A stretch of DNA of 64,000 nucleotides from Thermoanaerobaculia bacterium (GCA_963816185.1 CAWFJJ010000001.1:320001-384000), one strand, 5' to 3'. Shown: positions 36,904 through 47,139, counted from the stretch's first letter. Numbers and translations are program-made. Notes: a model not told the origin generated them from the letters alone.

Positions 36904-37416
36904 ATGACGCGCTCGGTCCTGACTTCCGCAGTGATCCTCGCGATGCTGGCCGGTCCGGCCGCGGGCGCGCCCGCGCTCGGCGAGCCGGCGCCGGCGCTCG
37001 TCGTGCCCCTGATCGATGGCGCAGGATTCGATCTCGGCGTGCTCCGCGGCAAGGTCGTGATCGTGAATTTCTGGGCGACGTGGTGCCCGCCGTGCCGGAA
37101 GGAGATGCAAGCACTCGACGCCTTCTTCGCCCGGTTCCACGCCCGCGGCGTCGAGATGGTCGGAACGAGCGTCGATCGCAAGCGGGACCGCAAGGCCGTG
37201 CTCAAGGCGGCGCGGGCGGTGCGCTATCCCGTCGCGCTTCTGGCCGACGCCGTAGCCAACGGCTTCGGCAAGCCCGCCGTCCTGCCCGTGACCTACGTCG
37301 TCGATCGGGCGGGCGTCGTCCGCGCCGTCCTGACGCCAGACGCGGGTGCGGTCACCGAGAGCTCCCTCGAACAGACCGTGGCGCCCCTCCTTTCGGGCGG
37401 TCACCCCGGCCTCTAG
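36904..37416 (+). CDS. TlpA/ResA-family thiol-disulfide oxidoreductase
   Basis: LRGKVVIVNFWATWCPPCRKEM, LPVTYVVDRAG. Confidence 0.9.
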   Translation: MTRSVLTSAVILAMLAGPAAGAPALGEPAPALVVPLIDGAGFDLGVLRGKVVIVNFWATWCPPCRKEMQALDAFFARFHARGVEMVGTSVDRKRDRKAVLKAARAVRYPVALLADAVANGFGKPAVLPVTYVVDRAGVVRAVLTPDAGAVTESSLEQTVAPLLSGGHPGL

Positions 37417-37426
37417 AATCCTCTCC

Positions 37427-38512
37427 ATGTTGAAAAGCCGTCGCGCGTTCCTCGAGGAAGTCTCGTTCGCCTCGCTCATCGCCGGTTTTCCCCTGCCCGC
37501 CCAGGCCGCGCTCGCGCGCTACGCGGAGAGGCCGCCCGACCCCGTGTACCCGAAGGCGCTGCGGCCCGGCATGACGGTCGCGCTCGTCGCGCCCTCGTCG
37601 CCCTCTTGGAATCCCGACCGGAACGACGTCGCCGTCGAGGTCGTCGAGTCGATGGGATTCAAGGCGAAGCTGTTCCCGCACGCGCGGGAAGCCACGAACT
37701 ATCTCGCGGGAAGCGACGAGCACCGCGCCGCGGACGTGAATGCCGCGTTCGCGGATTCGTCCGTCGACGCGATCTTCTGCCTGCGCGGCGGGTACGGCGC
37801 CTCGCGCATCCTCCCGCTCCTCGACTACGAGACGATCCGGAAGAACCCGAAGGTCTTCATCGGCTACAGCGACATCACCGCCCTCCTGAACGCGATCCAC
37901 CGCCTCACGGGCCTCGTGACGTTCCACGGGCCCATCGGCGGCGAGATGCAGAGCGACTACACGCTCGCGGCGTTCAAGAAGGTGCTCTCGCAGACAAGCG
38001 CGGCCGGGCGCGTCGCCGATCCGCCGCCGTTCAAGCCCTCAGAGGGGCACGTCGACGTGGAGAACCGCATCTACAGGCTCGCTCCGGGAAAAGGGAAGGG
38101 CCGGCTCGTGGGCGGCAACATCAGCGTCTTCTCCACGCTCGTGGGAACGCCGTTCGAGCCGGAGCTCAAGGGCCGCGTCCTCTTTCTCGAGGAAGTGGGC
38201 GAAGAGCCCTACCGTATCGACCGCTGGCTCACGCAGTTCCTCCTGACGGGGAAGCTCTCGGGCCTCGCCGGCGTGGCGCTGGGGAAGTTCCACGACTGCG
38301 GCCCGAAGGACTACAAGCCGAGCTTCCCCGGCATGGGCACGTGGACGTGGCAGGAAGTCTGCCGGGACCGCCTCGGCAAGCTCGGCATCCCCGTCGTCGC
38401 GAACCTCGTCTTCGGGCACGTCACCGACAAGGCGACTCTTCCGCTCGGCGTCATGGCCGAGCTCGACGGCGACGCGGGCACGCTCACGCTGCTGGAGGCC
38501 GCGGTCCGGTGA
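37427..38512 (+). CDS. S66 LD-carboxypeptidase (LdcA/MccF-like), twin-arginine signal
   Basis: SRRAFL; VAPSS, RGGYGA, FIGYSDIT, FHGP, GGN, LFLEEVGE, FGH. Confidence 0.9.
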   Translation: MLKSRRAFLEEVSFASLIAGFPLPAQAALARYAERPPDPVYPKALRPGMTVALVAPSSPSWNPDRNDVAVEVVESMGFKAKLFPHAREATNYLAGSDEHRAADVNAAFADSSVDAIFCLRGGYGASRILPLLDYETIRKNPKVFIGYSDITALLNAIHRLTGLVTFHGPIGGEMQSDYTLAAFKKVLSQTSAAGRVADPPPFKPSEGHVDVENRIYRLAPGKGKGRLVGGNISVFSTLVGTPFEPELKGRVLFLEEVGEEPYRIDRWLTQFLLTGKLSGLAGVALGKFHDCGPKDYKPSFPGMGTWTWQEVCRDRLGKLGIPVVANLVFGHVTDKATLPLGVMAELDGDAGTLTLLEAAVR

Positions 38513-39846
38513 GGCCTACGTTCGCGAACAGCGTCCTCGCAGTGGCACTGCTGTTCTCGGGCGACCCTTCTGATATGCGGCGGCTGCTCATGCAGCCGCC
38601 GATAGACGCGAATCTTTGCCCGGATGTCCGGTGTCAAGGGCGCGCTCCGCGCGCCGCGCAGCGGTCGGAGACCCTTGACTCCGGACTTCCGGGGAAGAGC
38701 GCCGGGCCCGCCGGCGCGGCCGAGACCTTGTCCGCAGCGCGGGCGCAACTCCGCGCACTCGATGAAGTCTTCCGGCGTGAGGTGAGCGAGACCGGCGTCG
38801 TGGGGGCGGCCCTGATGGTCGTGCGAGGGAGCAAGATTCTTCTCTCTTCTTATGTCGGGCTCGCCGACCGCGAGAGGAACATCCCGGCGTCGCCCGACAC
38901 GATCTGGCACTGGGCATCGATCACGAAGACGTTCACCGGCGTGACGATCATGCAGCTCCGCGACCGCGGACGCCTCTCGCTCGACGACCCGATCGTGAAA
39001 TACGTCCCGGAGCTCGCCGCCGTGCACGACCCGTTCGGAAGCGTCTCCGAGATCAAGCTCCGGCACCTCATGACGCACAGCGCCGGGTTCCGTTCGGCGA
39101 CGTTCCCGTGGGGAGGCGACAAGGACTGGCATCCGGCCGAGCCCACCCGGTGGGAGCAGGTCGCGGCGATGCTCCCGTACACGGAGATCCTCTTTCCGCC
39201 CGGATCGAAATACTCGTATTCGAATCCGGGCGTCGTGTTCCTCGGGCGCACGATCGAGGGCCTCATGGGCGAGGACTACGAGATCACGGTCGAGAAGAAC
39301 ATCTTCAAGCCCCTCGGCATGACGCGCGCGTATTTCGACCACGCCCCCTATCACCTGGCAAAGGACGTCGCGCGGGGCTACGAGATCGAGGACGGCAAGC
39401 CCAGGCCGACGCGCGCGAACTTCGACAGCGGGATCACGGTCTCGAACGGGGGCCTGAACGCGCCGATCGGCGACCTCGCGAAGTGGATCGCCTTTCTCGC
39501 GGGAGACGGCCCGTACCCCGTCCTCGCGCGGGCGTCGCTCGAGGAGATGTGGACGCCGGTTCTCCCGACGGGGCGCGCGGGTCCGGGAACCGAGTCCGTG
39601 GGCCTCTCCTTCTTCGTCGAGGACCGGGACGGCGTGCGCTACGTCGGGCACGAGGGCGGCCAGAACGGCTTCATCAGCCATTTCTTTCTCGACCCGAAGT
39701 CGAAGCTCGGCTACGTCGTCGTCTACAACACGTCCGTCTCGGATCCGACGAAGACCTGGGACAAGAACCTCACGCGCGCGTTCGACCGTCGTCTCAAGGA
39801 TCTGATGTTCACGGGCGTCTTCCCGGCGCTCCGTGGGGAACGTTGA
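38509..39846 (+). CDS. Serine hydrolase, beta-lactamase/PBP family
   Basis: WASITKTF (SxxK), LMTHSAG, YSYSNPG, GHEGG; GTGA overlap; N-terminus contains a palindromic insert. Confidence 0.87.
   Translation: MRPTFANSVLAVALLFSGDPSDMRRLLMQPPIDANLCPDVRCQGRAPRAAQRSETLDSGLPGKSAGPAGAAETLSAARAQLRALDEVFRREVSETGVVGAALMVVRGSKILLSSYVGLADRERNIPASPDTIWHWASITKTFTGVTIMQLRDRGRLSLDDPIVKYVPELAAVHDPFGSVSEIKLRHLMTHSAGFRSATFPWGGDKDWHPAEPTRWEQVAAMLPYTEILFPPGSKYSYSNPGVVFLGRTIEGLMGEDYEITVEKNIFKPLGMTRAYFDHAPYHLAKDVARGYEIEDGKPRPTRANFDSGITVSNGGLNAPIGDLAKWIAFLAGDGPYPVLARASLEEMWTPVLPTGRAGPGTESVGLSFFVEDRDGVRYVGHEGGQNGFISHFFLDPKSKLGYVVVYNTSVSDPTKTWDKNLTRAFDRRLKDLMFTGVFPALRGER
38578..38698. repeat. Palindromic MITE/REP-like element inside the CDS
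   Basis: Perfect 10-bp hairpin 38578-38601; ~27-bp imperfect inverted repeat 38613-38640 / 38672-38698 ending GTCAAGGG...CCCTTGAC. Confidence 0.6.
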
Positions 39847-39847
39847 C

Positions 39848-40501
39848 GTGGCCGATCCCGACTCCCGTGCCGGCCAGAGGTACACGACGCCCGAGATCCT
39901 CGACTGGGTGGCGCGTGTGCACGCCCCGCACGACGAGGCGCTCGCTCGCGCGTTCGACGCGCCGGACAAACATGGCATGCCGGCCATCCAGCTCGGACCC
40001 TCGGAGGGAAAGGCGCTCGAGCTCCTCCTGAAGCTCGCCGGCGCGCGGCAGGTAGTGGAGGTCGGAACGCTCGCCGGCTACTCGGCGATTCGCGCCGCGC
40101 GGGCTCTGCCCTTGGACGGGCACGTCCACACCGTCGAGTTCGACCCGAAGCATGCGCGCGTCGCGCGCGAGAACGTCGAGGCCGCGGGTCTCTCGGAGAC
40201 CATCACCGTTCACGAGGGCCGGGCTCTGGACGTCTTGCCGCGGTTCGTCCACTTCGGCCCCTTCGACGCCGTCTTCATCGACGCGGACAAGGGCAACTAC
40301 GACCGGTACGGGCGCTGGGCGGCCGAGAACACGCGCGCGGGCGGCCTCCTCGTCGGCGACAACGCCTTCCTCTTCGGGCGCCTTCTCGAGGACTCACCCG
40401 AGGCCGCTGCGATGCGCCGTTTTCACGAGGAAGCGCGAGCTCACTACGACACGGTCTGCCTGCCGACGCCGGACGGCATGCTGCTCGGCGTCCGGCGCTG
40501 A
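39848..40501 (+). CDS. Class I SAM-dependent O-methyltransferase (caffeoyl-CoA OMT-like)
   Basis: VVEVGTLAGYSA, FDAVFIDADKGNY, LLVGDN. Confidence 0.9.
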   Translation: MADPDSRAGQRYTTPEILDWVARVHAPHDEALARAFDAPDKHGMPAIQLGPSEGKALELLLKLAGARQVVEVGTLAGYSAIRAARALPLDGHVHTVEFDPKHARVARENVEAAGLSETITVHEGRALDVLPRFVHFGPFDAVFIDADKGNYDRYGRWAAENTRAGGLLVGDNAFLFGRLLEDSPEAAAMRRFHEEARAHYDTVCLPTPDGMLLGVRR

Positions 40502-40522
40502 TTGCCGCTTGCTTCCGCGATC

Positions 40523-41947
40523 TCAGGCGCCGAGGAGCTTCGAAACGACGTCCTTCGCCGTGTACGAGGTTGAACCCTGCGGCAGGAAGCGTCCGATCTC
40601 CACGAGGTCGTCGCCGGAGGTCAGGAGCGGCTTCTCCTTCAGGGTGTCGCTCCGGACCTGCCCGTAGCCGATGTTCGCGAGGAGCGCGTTGCAGAGGCAC
40701 CGCCTCCCCTCCGTGTCGGAGGGGTCGCCGCCCTTCGCGGCCCAGGTCGCGAGCGGCTCGGACGGGCAGCGATAGCCGATCGACGCGTCGTCTCGCCGGT
40801 AGGCCTCACGCAGGTAACCGAGGTCGCAGATGCGCATGCGAAGAAGGTAATCCTCCTGCTCCGAAAGGCTGCCTTCCATCTGTGCGACCTTGAACGGGAA
40901 ACCGGTCGGGGAGGCGACCGGATGCGTGAAGACGTTAGCCTTGCCGGCGAGCGCCAGCTTCAGGATGTGCTCCTTGTAACGCGCGTCGAGGCCCGACTCC
41001 TCGCAGAAAGCGAACGCCGTCCCGACCTGGATCCCCGCGGCGCCGGCCGCGAGGGCCTCCTCGAGACCTACGGCCGTGCCGTGTCCGCCCGCGAGCCAGA
41101 ACGGCAGCCCCAGGTCGCGGATCTTCGCGAGATCGACGGCGTCGCGCTCCCCGTACACAGGCTCGCCCAGGGCGGAGAGCTGGAGGCGGCCGCGGGGCGG
41201 TGCGTTGTGGCCTCCCGCCGTCGGGCCTTCCACGATGAAGCCGTCCACGCGTCCGTTCGCCTTTCTGACGAGCGTCAGCGCGAGCGTGTACGACGAGATG
41301 ATCGGAAGGAAGAAGGGACGTTTCAGCGGGGGGAGGTCCGCGCCGTCTTCCCTCAATTGGCGCGGGTCGAAGTGCAGCAGATTGTCGTCGCCCTCCTGCG
41401 AGCCCGCCACGTTGAGCGGGTAGGTTGCCGCTTCGTGGTTCGCGAAGAGGTCGAGCGCGAGCGGCACCTTCAGCGGGATCCCGGCACCCATCAGTACGTA
41501 GTCGACACCGGCCAGCATGGCGCCGTACAAACACGGGAGGACCGGAAGCTGGATCTTCTCGAGGAAGTTGACCCCGACGAGGCCGCCGTGGCCCTCCCGG
41601 GCGAGGAACACCTCCGTGAAAGTGGAGGCGACGCACAGCTCCAGAAGCTCCAGCGGGCTGGTCTTCGAATGCATCGGCACGGCGCGATACGGCTTGTCGG
41701 CAGCCTTCCCGCCCTCGACGAAATAACGCTCGAGGATCCGCGCGGCGGCCCGGGGAAACGGAAAGCGAGAGAAGGCCCTGCGAACGTGGCCCCCGGGGTC
41801 GCCGTCCTGCAGGCGCCGGGCGAGGACGACGTCGAGCGCCGTTCCCGCGGCGACGCCGAGCTGGCCCAGGGACGAGACGGCACGGGCCAGCCTCCAGCCG
41901 GAGACGCCGACCCCCATTCCGCCCTGGATGATTCTCGGGTGCTGCAT
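40523..41947 (-). CDS. Nitronate monooxygenase/FabK-like flavoprotein
   Basis: IIQGGMGVGVS, LMGAGIP, VEGPTAGGH, LAGG, IQVGTAF, SPTGFPFK, Cys cluster near the C-terminus. Confidence 0.85.
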   Translation of the reverse strand: MQHPRIIQGGMGVGVSGWRLARAVSSLGQLGVAAGTALDVVLARRLQDGDPGGHVRRAFSRFPFPRAAARILERYFVEGGKAADKPYRAVPMHSKTSPLELLELCVASTFTEVFLAREGHGGLVGVNFLEKIQLPVLPCLYGAMLAGVDYVLMGAGIPLKVPLALDLFANHEAATYPLNVAGSQEGDDNLLHFDPRQLREDGADLPPLKRPFFLPIISSYTLALTLVRKANGRVDGFIVEGPTAGGHNAPPRGRLQLSALGEPVYGERDAVDLAKIRDLGLPFWLAGGHGTAVGLEEALAAGAAGIQVGTAFAFCEESGLDARYKEHILKLALAGKANVFTHPVASPTGFPFKVAQMEGSLSEQEDYLLRMRICDLGYLREAYRRDDASIGYRCPSEPLATWAAKGGDPSDTEGRRCLCNALLANIGYGQVRSDTLKEKPLLTSGDDLVEIGRFLPQGSTSYTAKDVVSKLLGA

Positions 41948-42003
41948 CGCTCTATTTCTATTCGCCGCCCCGAGCACGCGTGCGTTCGGCCCCGGCCGCC
42001 GGC

Positions 42004-42028
42004 AGAACCATTTTCCGCCGAATGCGTC
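42004..42028 (+). promoter_or_regulatory. ECF-type promoter AGAACC-N15-CGTC
   Basis: Same architecture at 42846-42870 and 44499-44523; adjacent to the ECF sigma gene. Confidence 0.55.
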
Positions 42029-42048
42029 TTATCGGATAGAGGTTCCGT

Positions 42049-42832
42049 ATGAGACACCTCCTTCAAGGAGTTCTGGCCCTCTTTCTGGCGGCTTCACCGG
42101 CCGCCGCCGACCGCGCGGTCTCGAAGACGCTGCCTCTGCCCGCCGACGGCAAGGTCACGATCGACACGTACAAGGGCAGCATCCGCGTGACGCCTTGGGA
42201 CCGTGCCGAGGTCGCGGTCGAGGCCCGGATCGTCCCGGACGACAGCTGCGGGTCGGAGCGGGACCAGAAGAAATGGGTGGACGCGACGGAAGTCGTCATC
42301 GAGCCGAGCGGCCGGAACGTGCGAATCGAGTCCGACTACGACAAGCTCGAGACGAGATGGGGCTTTTTCGGCGGCTGCACGAGCCGCCCGTTCGTCCACT
42401 ACAAGGTGAGCCTGCCGCGCGCCGCGACTCTGAAGATCCACGACTACAAGTCCGACACGGACGTCAAGGATTTCGCGGGGCGCCTCACGATCGACACGTA
42501 CAAGGGAAGCGTCTCGCTCGTCGGCCTCTCGGGCGCCCTCGACCTCAAGACCTACAAGGGCGAAGTCCGGGCGGCTTTTGCGCGCATCTCGGAAAGCGTG
42601 CGCGCCGAGACGTACAAGGGCGACGTGACCCTGACGTTCCCGGCCGCGTCGGCGTTCGAGCTGAGCGCGAATGCAGGCCGGAGAGGCGAGATCGTCTCCG
42701 ACTTCGAGGGAGTAGGGCCCGATTCGCTCGTCCCGTCGCTCGGGACTTCGCGCCTCGGCGACCGTGAACGGCGGCGGCCCGAGCGTCACGCTGTCCACGG
42801 ACAAAGGCAGACTCTCCATCCGCCGGAGCTGA
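42049..42832 (+). CDS. DUF4097 (adhesin-like beta-strand repeat) secreted protein; frameshift near 42720-42760
   Basis: Repeated IDTYKG motifs; the typical end TVNGGGPSVTLSTDKGRLSIRRS* is in another frame, ending at 42832. Confidence 0.75.
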
Positions 42833-42845
42833 GAACCTCCGCGCC

Positions 42846-42870
42846 GTAACCTTCCGGCCGGCGCGCCGTC
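42846..42870 (+). promoter_or_regulatory. ECF-type autoregulatory promoter GTAACC-N15-CGTC
   Basis: Lies 8 nt upstream of the GTG start of the ECF sigma gene. Confidence 0.6.
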
Positions 42871-42878
42871 ATACTCCC

Positions 42879-43511
42879 GTGAGTGCTGCCGTTTCGGCCG
42901 TTTCGGCTTTGGAGGCGTGCGTGGAAGCTCCCGGCGCGAACCCGGATCAGGAAGCGGATCTCGAGTCGATGGAGCAGGTTCGCCGCGGTGAGGCCGCGGG
43001 AGCGGCGCGGCTTTTCCAGCGCTATGCGGCGCCTCTCCTGAGGTTCACCGGGCGCATCCTGGGCGATCCGGCGGAGGCCGAGGAAATCACGCAGGACGTC
43101 TTTCTCAAGCTCATGGTTCGCGCCGACCAGTACGACGGCCGCGCCCCGGTGGCCTCGTGGCTCTTCGCGATCGCGACGAACGCGTGCCGCGACCGTCTGC
43201 GCCGCTCGGCGCGTCGGCCGAACGTTGCGCTCGAGGCCGTGGCCGAGGCGAGAGAGCCCGGGATCCCGGCGGACGAACGCCTCGCCCGCCGGCAGCGGCG
43301 CGAGGCCGTGCGGCGCGCCCTCTCCGAGCTTTCTTTGGAGCAGCGCGAGGCTCTCGTCCTCGCGCGCTATCACGGGATGCCTTACGCGGAAATCGCGCGG
43401 GCTCTCGACATCAGCGAAGGCGCGGTGAAAACGCGGATCTTCCGGGCCATGGAAACTCTGAAGGCCCATTTTTCCGAAGGAGACTCGTCATGGAATGCCG
43501 CCAGGCTCTGA
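42879..43511 (+). CDS. ECF RNA polymerase sigma factor
   Basis: AEEITQDVFLK, SWLFAIATNACRD, LSLEQREALVLARYHGMPYAEIARAL, GAVKTRIFRA. Confidence 0.93.
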   Translation: MSAAVSAVSALEACVEAPGANPDQEADLESMEQVRRGEAAGAARLFQRYAAPLLRFTGRILGDPAEAEEITQDVFLKLMVRADQYDGRAPVASWLFAIATNACRDRLRRSARRPNVALEAVAEAREPGIPADERLARRQRREAVRRALSELSLEQREALVLARYHGMPYAEIARALDISEGAVKTRIFRAMETLKAHFSEGDSSWNAARL

Positions 43512-44494
43512 AGATTCGGGATCTCGTCCTCGTTCGCCTCGCCGGGTGGCAGTCCGCGAACGCGGACATGGCGTTTCTCGCATCCCACCTCGCGTCGTGC
43601 GAGGCGTGTCGGGCGGAAGCGGCACAGATCGAATCCGTGTGGGCCGGTCTCGGCGACGACGACGGAGGCGATCTCGCCCCTCCGCGGCGTTCGTCGCCCG
43701 CGCCTCGGCTGCCCTCGCAGACGCGAGCCACGGGAACGTGATCCGGTTCCGCGCGCATCGGGCGACGGACGGACTCCTGAAAGCCGCGGCCCTGCTCCTG
43801 GCGGGAGGGCTCGGGTTCCTCGTCGCGAAGAGCGGGGGTCGCCCGCTTCCCCTCGTCGGGCGCGGCTGCGCTCCCGACGCCGAGCGGACGCGGCGAGAAC
43901 GTGGCGCTCGTCGCGAACCGCACCGTCGACGCCTCTCGTGCCGTGCTCGACCTCTCGAGCAAGCCGCGGCTCGCGAACGCGACCTACGGCGCCGCGGAGG
44001 AGCCCGGAAAGATCGCGGTCTCTTTCGACGTGACGACCCGGTACACGGTCGTCGGGCGTCCGGAGGACAAGGGCGTGGCGGATCTCCTCGTCTCGCTGAT
44101 GTCGGGCGCCACGGAGACCGAGGGCGCCCGGGGCCGGGTCCTCGACTTCGTTTCGGCGACGACACGCGAGGGCACGGCCGTCTCTCCCGAGATCGTGAAC
44201 CTGCTCCGGCGCACGCTCGAAACGGACAAGAACCCGAGCGTCAGGAAGAAGGCCGCCGAGGCGCTCGTCGAGATGCCGCCCACGCCGGAGATCCGGGACG
44301 CGCTCGCGCACGCACTGAAGACGGACGTGAACCCCGCCGTCCGGATCCTCGCGGTGGAAGGACTCGCGAAGTCCGCCACCGTGCTGAAGGACCAGACGAC
44401 GATCGAGACGCTCCGGCAGAAGGCCGGAGACGACCGCGAGAACGACTACGTGCGCAGCCAGGCCGCGCTCGCCCTGAAGAGGCTCGAGATCTGA
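43490..44494 (+). CDS. Zf-HC2 anti-sigma factor with TM and periplasmic HEAT repeats; two apparent frameshifts (~43680, ~43860)
   Basis: HLASCEAC (HxxxCxxC); LLKAAALLLAGGLGFLV; DKNPSVRKKAAEAL / DVNPAVRILAVEGL / DRENDYVR repeats, split across frames. Confidence 0.75.
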
Positions 44495-44498
44495 TGGC

Positions 44499-44523
44499 GA
44501 TACCTATTTCTCACAGGAGCGTC
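44499..44523 (+). promoter_or_regulatory. ECF-type promoter GATACC-N15-CGTC
   Basis: 8 nt upstream of ATG 44532; same spacing as the other two. Confidence 0.5.
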
Positions 44524-44531
44524 TTGCCAAC

Positions 44532-46461
44532 ATGAGTACGACCTCTTATCCCTCTCCCTCGAAAGGGACGCCGACGCGCGGCGGGAGCCGCGTCGCCCTC
44601 TGGGCGCTCCTCATCGCGGCTCTCGTCCTCCTCACGCTCGCCGCCGGCCTTCGTGCGGACGCGCGGGAGCTGACGGCCCACGCGAGCCGGACGCAGAGCT
44701 TCGTCGCGTCGGGCAACCTGAAGTCTCTCGCCGTCGAAAACGTCAACGGCAGCGTCGAGGTTCTCTCCGGCCCGTCGTTCAAGGCCGACGTCGACGTGAC
44801 GGCGTACGCGTCCACCGAAGCGACTGCGAAGAAGCGGCTCGAGGACGTCAAGGTGCGCTTCGACAACGAGAACGGCGAGCTCTCGCTCTATACCGAGGAG
44901 CCGGGCGTCACCGTCCGGCGGAGCGGCCGGGGCTGGCACGTGCACAGTGACCACGACGACTACACGTGGCGGACCGAGGTCGAAGTACCGCATCACGACG
45001 CCCCCGGGCCTGTCGCTCAACGTCTCGACGGTGAACGGCGCCGTGAACGTCGTGGACGTGGCGGCGCCCATGGAACTCTCGACCGTGAACGGGAAGATCG
45101 ACGTCACCCGTGCGCGGCGGGACGCGAAGCTCAACACCGTGAACGGGGCGATCCGCGCCGCGTTCGCCGAGCTTCCGAAAGGCGTGAGCGTGGACGTCCG
45201 GACCGTCAACGGCGGCATCGACCTCACGCTGCCTGCGAAGGCCGGCTTCCATTTCGAAGGCCACACGATGAGCGGCGAGATCCTCTCGTCGTTCGCGCTC
45301 CCGGCCGCCGCGGACGGCGACGAGGCGACGCTCGCGCGCGACGAGTCGCGGGCGGCGCGGGACAAGATCCGCGCCAAGCGCGACACGCTCCGCATGGAGA
45401 TCCGGGAAAAGCAGCGTAAGGCCAGGAAAGGCGACGAGGGCGACGAGGAGGTCATCGACCTGTCCGGGCTGAACGAGGCGCTCGGGGACTTGAACCGCGA
45501 AATGGCGGAGATGAGCCGCGAGCTTTCCCGGACGATCACGGTCCGCCTGAACCGTGCCTACGAAGGGACCGTAGGCGGCGGCGGCGCGAATGTGCGCTGC
45601 TCGAACCTGAACGGCAGGATCGTCCTGCTGGCCGAGGGCACGACCGAGGCGCAGGCGAAGAAGCTCACGTCCTCTCGCGGGCCGATCGTCGTGACGGTCC
45701 CGTCGCCCCGCGTTTCCATCCCGCCCGTTCCCCCGGTCCCGCCCGTTCCTCCGATCCCTCCGATCCCGCCGGTGGCGTCGGATCCGTGGGGGCGTTCGAT
45801 CTCGAAGGGCGACGTGGAGGGCGATCTCGTTCTCACTTACGCGCCGAGCGACGTGACGGCCGGCCACGTCGCCGGCAGCGTGAAGATCTCGACGCGTTCC
45901 GGCCAGATCCGCGTGGCGGCCGCCGGCAAAGGCGCGGAGCTCTCGTCGGCGGGCGGCGACATCCGGATCGAGAACGTGACGGGCGACCTCAAGGCGACGA
46001 CGTCCGGCGGTGACATCCGGGCGGGCGACGTCAGCGGGGACGCACGGCTCGCGACGGCCGGAGGCGACGTCGTCGTCCGATCGGCGGGCGGGTCGGTCAC
46101 GGCGAGGACGGGGGGAGGCGACATCACGCTCAGGAAGGTGCACGGACCGGTCCTGGCGCGCACGTCCGGCGGCACGATCGTCTGCGAGATCTCGAGCGCG
46201 GCCGCGCCGGGCGGCGAGCTCGTGACGAGCGGCGGCGACGTGACGGTCACGCTTCCGTCCAACTACCGCGCAGACGTCAACGTGCGCGTGACCGGCGGGG
46301 AGATGGAAGCAGACGCCATCTCGTCGCAGTTCCCGGACATCGTCGTGACGCGCCGCCCGGGTTCGATCTCGGGAGAAGGAAAGCTGAACGGAGGCGGCCC
46401 GAAGCTGATCATCCGCTCGACGTCCGGCTCGGTTTCCGTCCGCAAGGGGCCCGCGGCCTGA
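44532..46461 (+). CDS. Large DUF4097 beta-strand-repeat protein; frameshift ~44987
   Basis: TVNG repeats, coiled-coil insert, (IPP/VPP)n linker, TSGGD repeats, C-terminal LNGGGPKLIIRSTSGSV; joins track ORFs 44532 and 44947. Confidence 0.78.
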
Positions 46462-46490
46462 CGGCAGGCCGCGCGCCGCCCGGGCGGCGC
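46452..46490 (+). terminator. Tandem GC hairpins at the end of the ECF operon
   Basis: CGCGGCCTG-ACGG-CAGGCCGCG followed by palindrome GCGCCGCCCGGGCGGCGC; no U-tract. Confidence 0.35.
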
Positions 46491-46512
46491 TCCGTTACAA
46501 TGGTTTCACTAC

Positions 46513-47121
46513 ATGGGTACGGCTTCGCCACCTCCCACGCGCCCGCCCGCCGTGCATCCGGCTCCGGATGGCGAGGCGGCGCCGCCGCAGGCCGCGACCA
46601 CGTCACGATTCCAGTTCGCCGAGCGTTCGGTCTCGATGGGTCCCTCGGGAACCACCATCCTCCTCGTGATCGCCGCCGTCGCCGTCGGGCTCTGGCTTTA
46701 TTACAAGCCACCAGGGGAGATCGGCCCCCAGGAACTTCAGAGGTACACGGGCTTCGAGTCGAACATGGATACCGTCGTCCTGCGCAACTGTACGCCGCCG
46801 GGATGTGCGGCCGTCTATCTGACGCCGACGGTGGGAGGCGGATACCAGGAAGCGTTGCCCCAGGCGGTCGCTCTGGCCGGACAGCTCGAGCAACAGAGCA
46901 TCGAATGCTTCATCGTGTTCGGCGAAGAGCCGCTGAAGGACGCGGTCAGCCGCGCGCGTAGCGTTCGCCGGCCCGTCCTCATCGATCCGAGCGGGGCGTG
47001 GGCGAAGGAGTCGGGCATCGAAAAGGCGCCTTACTGGATCGCGTGGCGGACGGGCGGAAAGATCTGCCTGAGAAGTGAGAAACCGGTTTCGGCCGCGGAC
47101 GTCGCGGCCGCGATCCGCTGA
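46513..47121 (+). CDS. Hypothetical membrane-anchored protein, possibly thioredoxin-like fold
   Basis: TM ILLVIAAVAVGLWLYY; VLIDPSGAWAKESGIEKAPYW resembles the redoxin C-terminus; start could be 46636. Confidence 0.5.
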   Translation: MGTASPPPTRPPAVHPAPDGEAAPPQAATTSRFQFAERSVSMGPSGTTILLVIAAVAVGLWLYYKPPGEIGPQELQRYTGFESNMDTVVLRNCTPPGCAAVYLTPTVGGGYQEALPQAVALAGQLEQQSIECFIVFGEEPLKDAVSRARSVRRPVLIDPSGAWAKESGIEKAPYWIAWRTGGKICLRSEKPVSAADVAAAIR

Positions 47122-47139
47122 GAGATTCCGATTCCTTCT

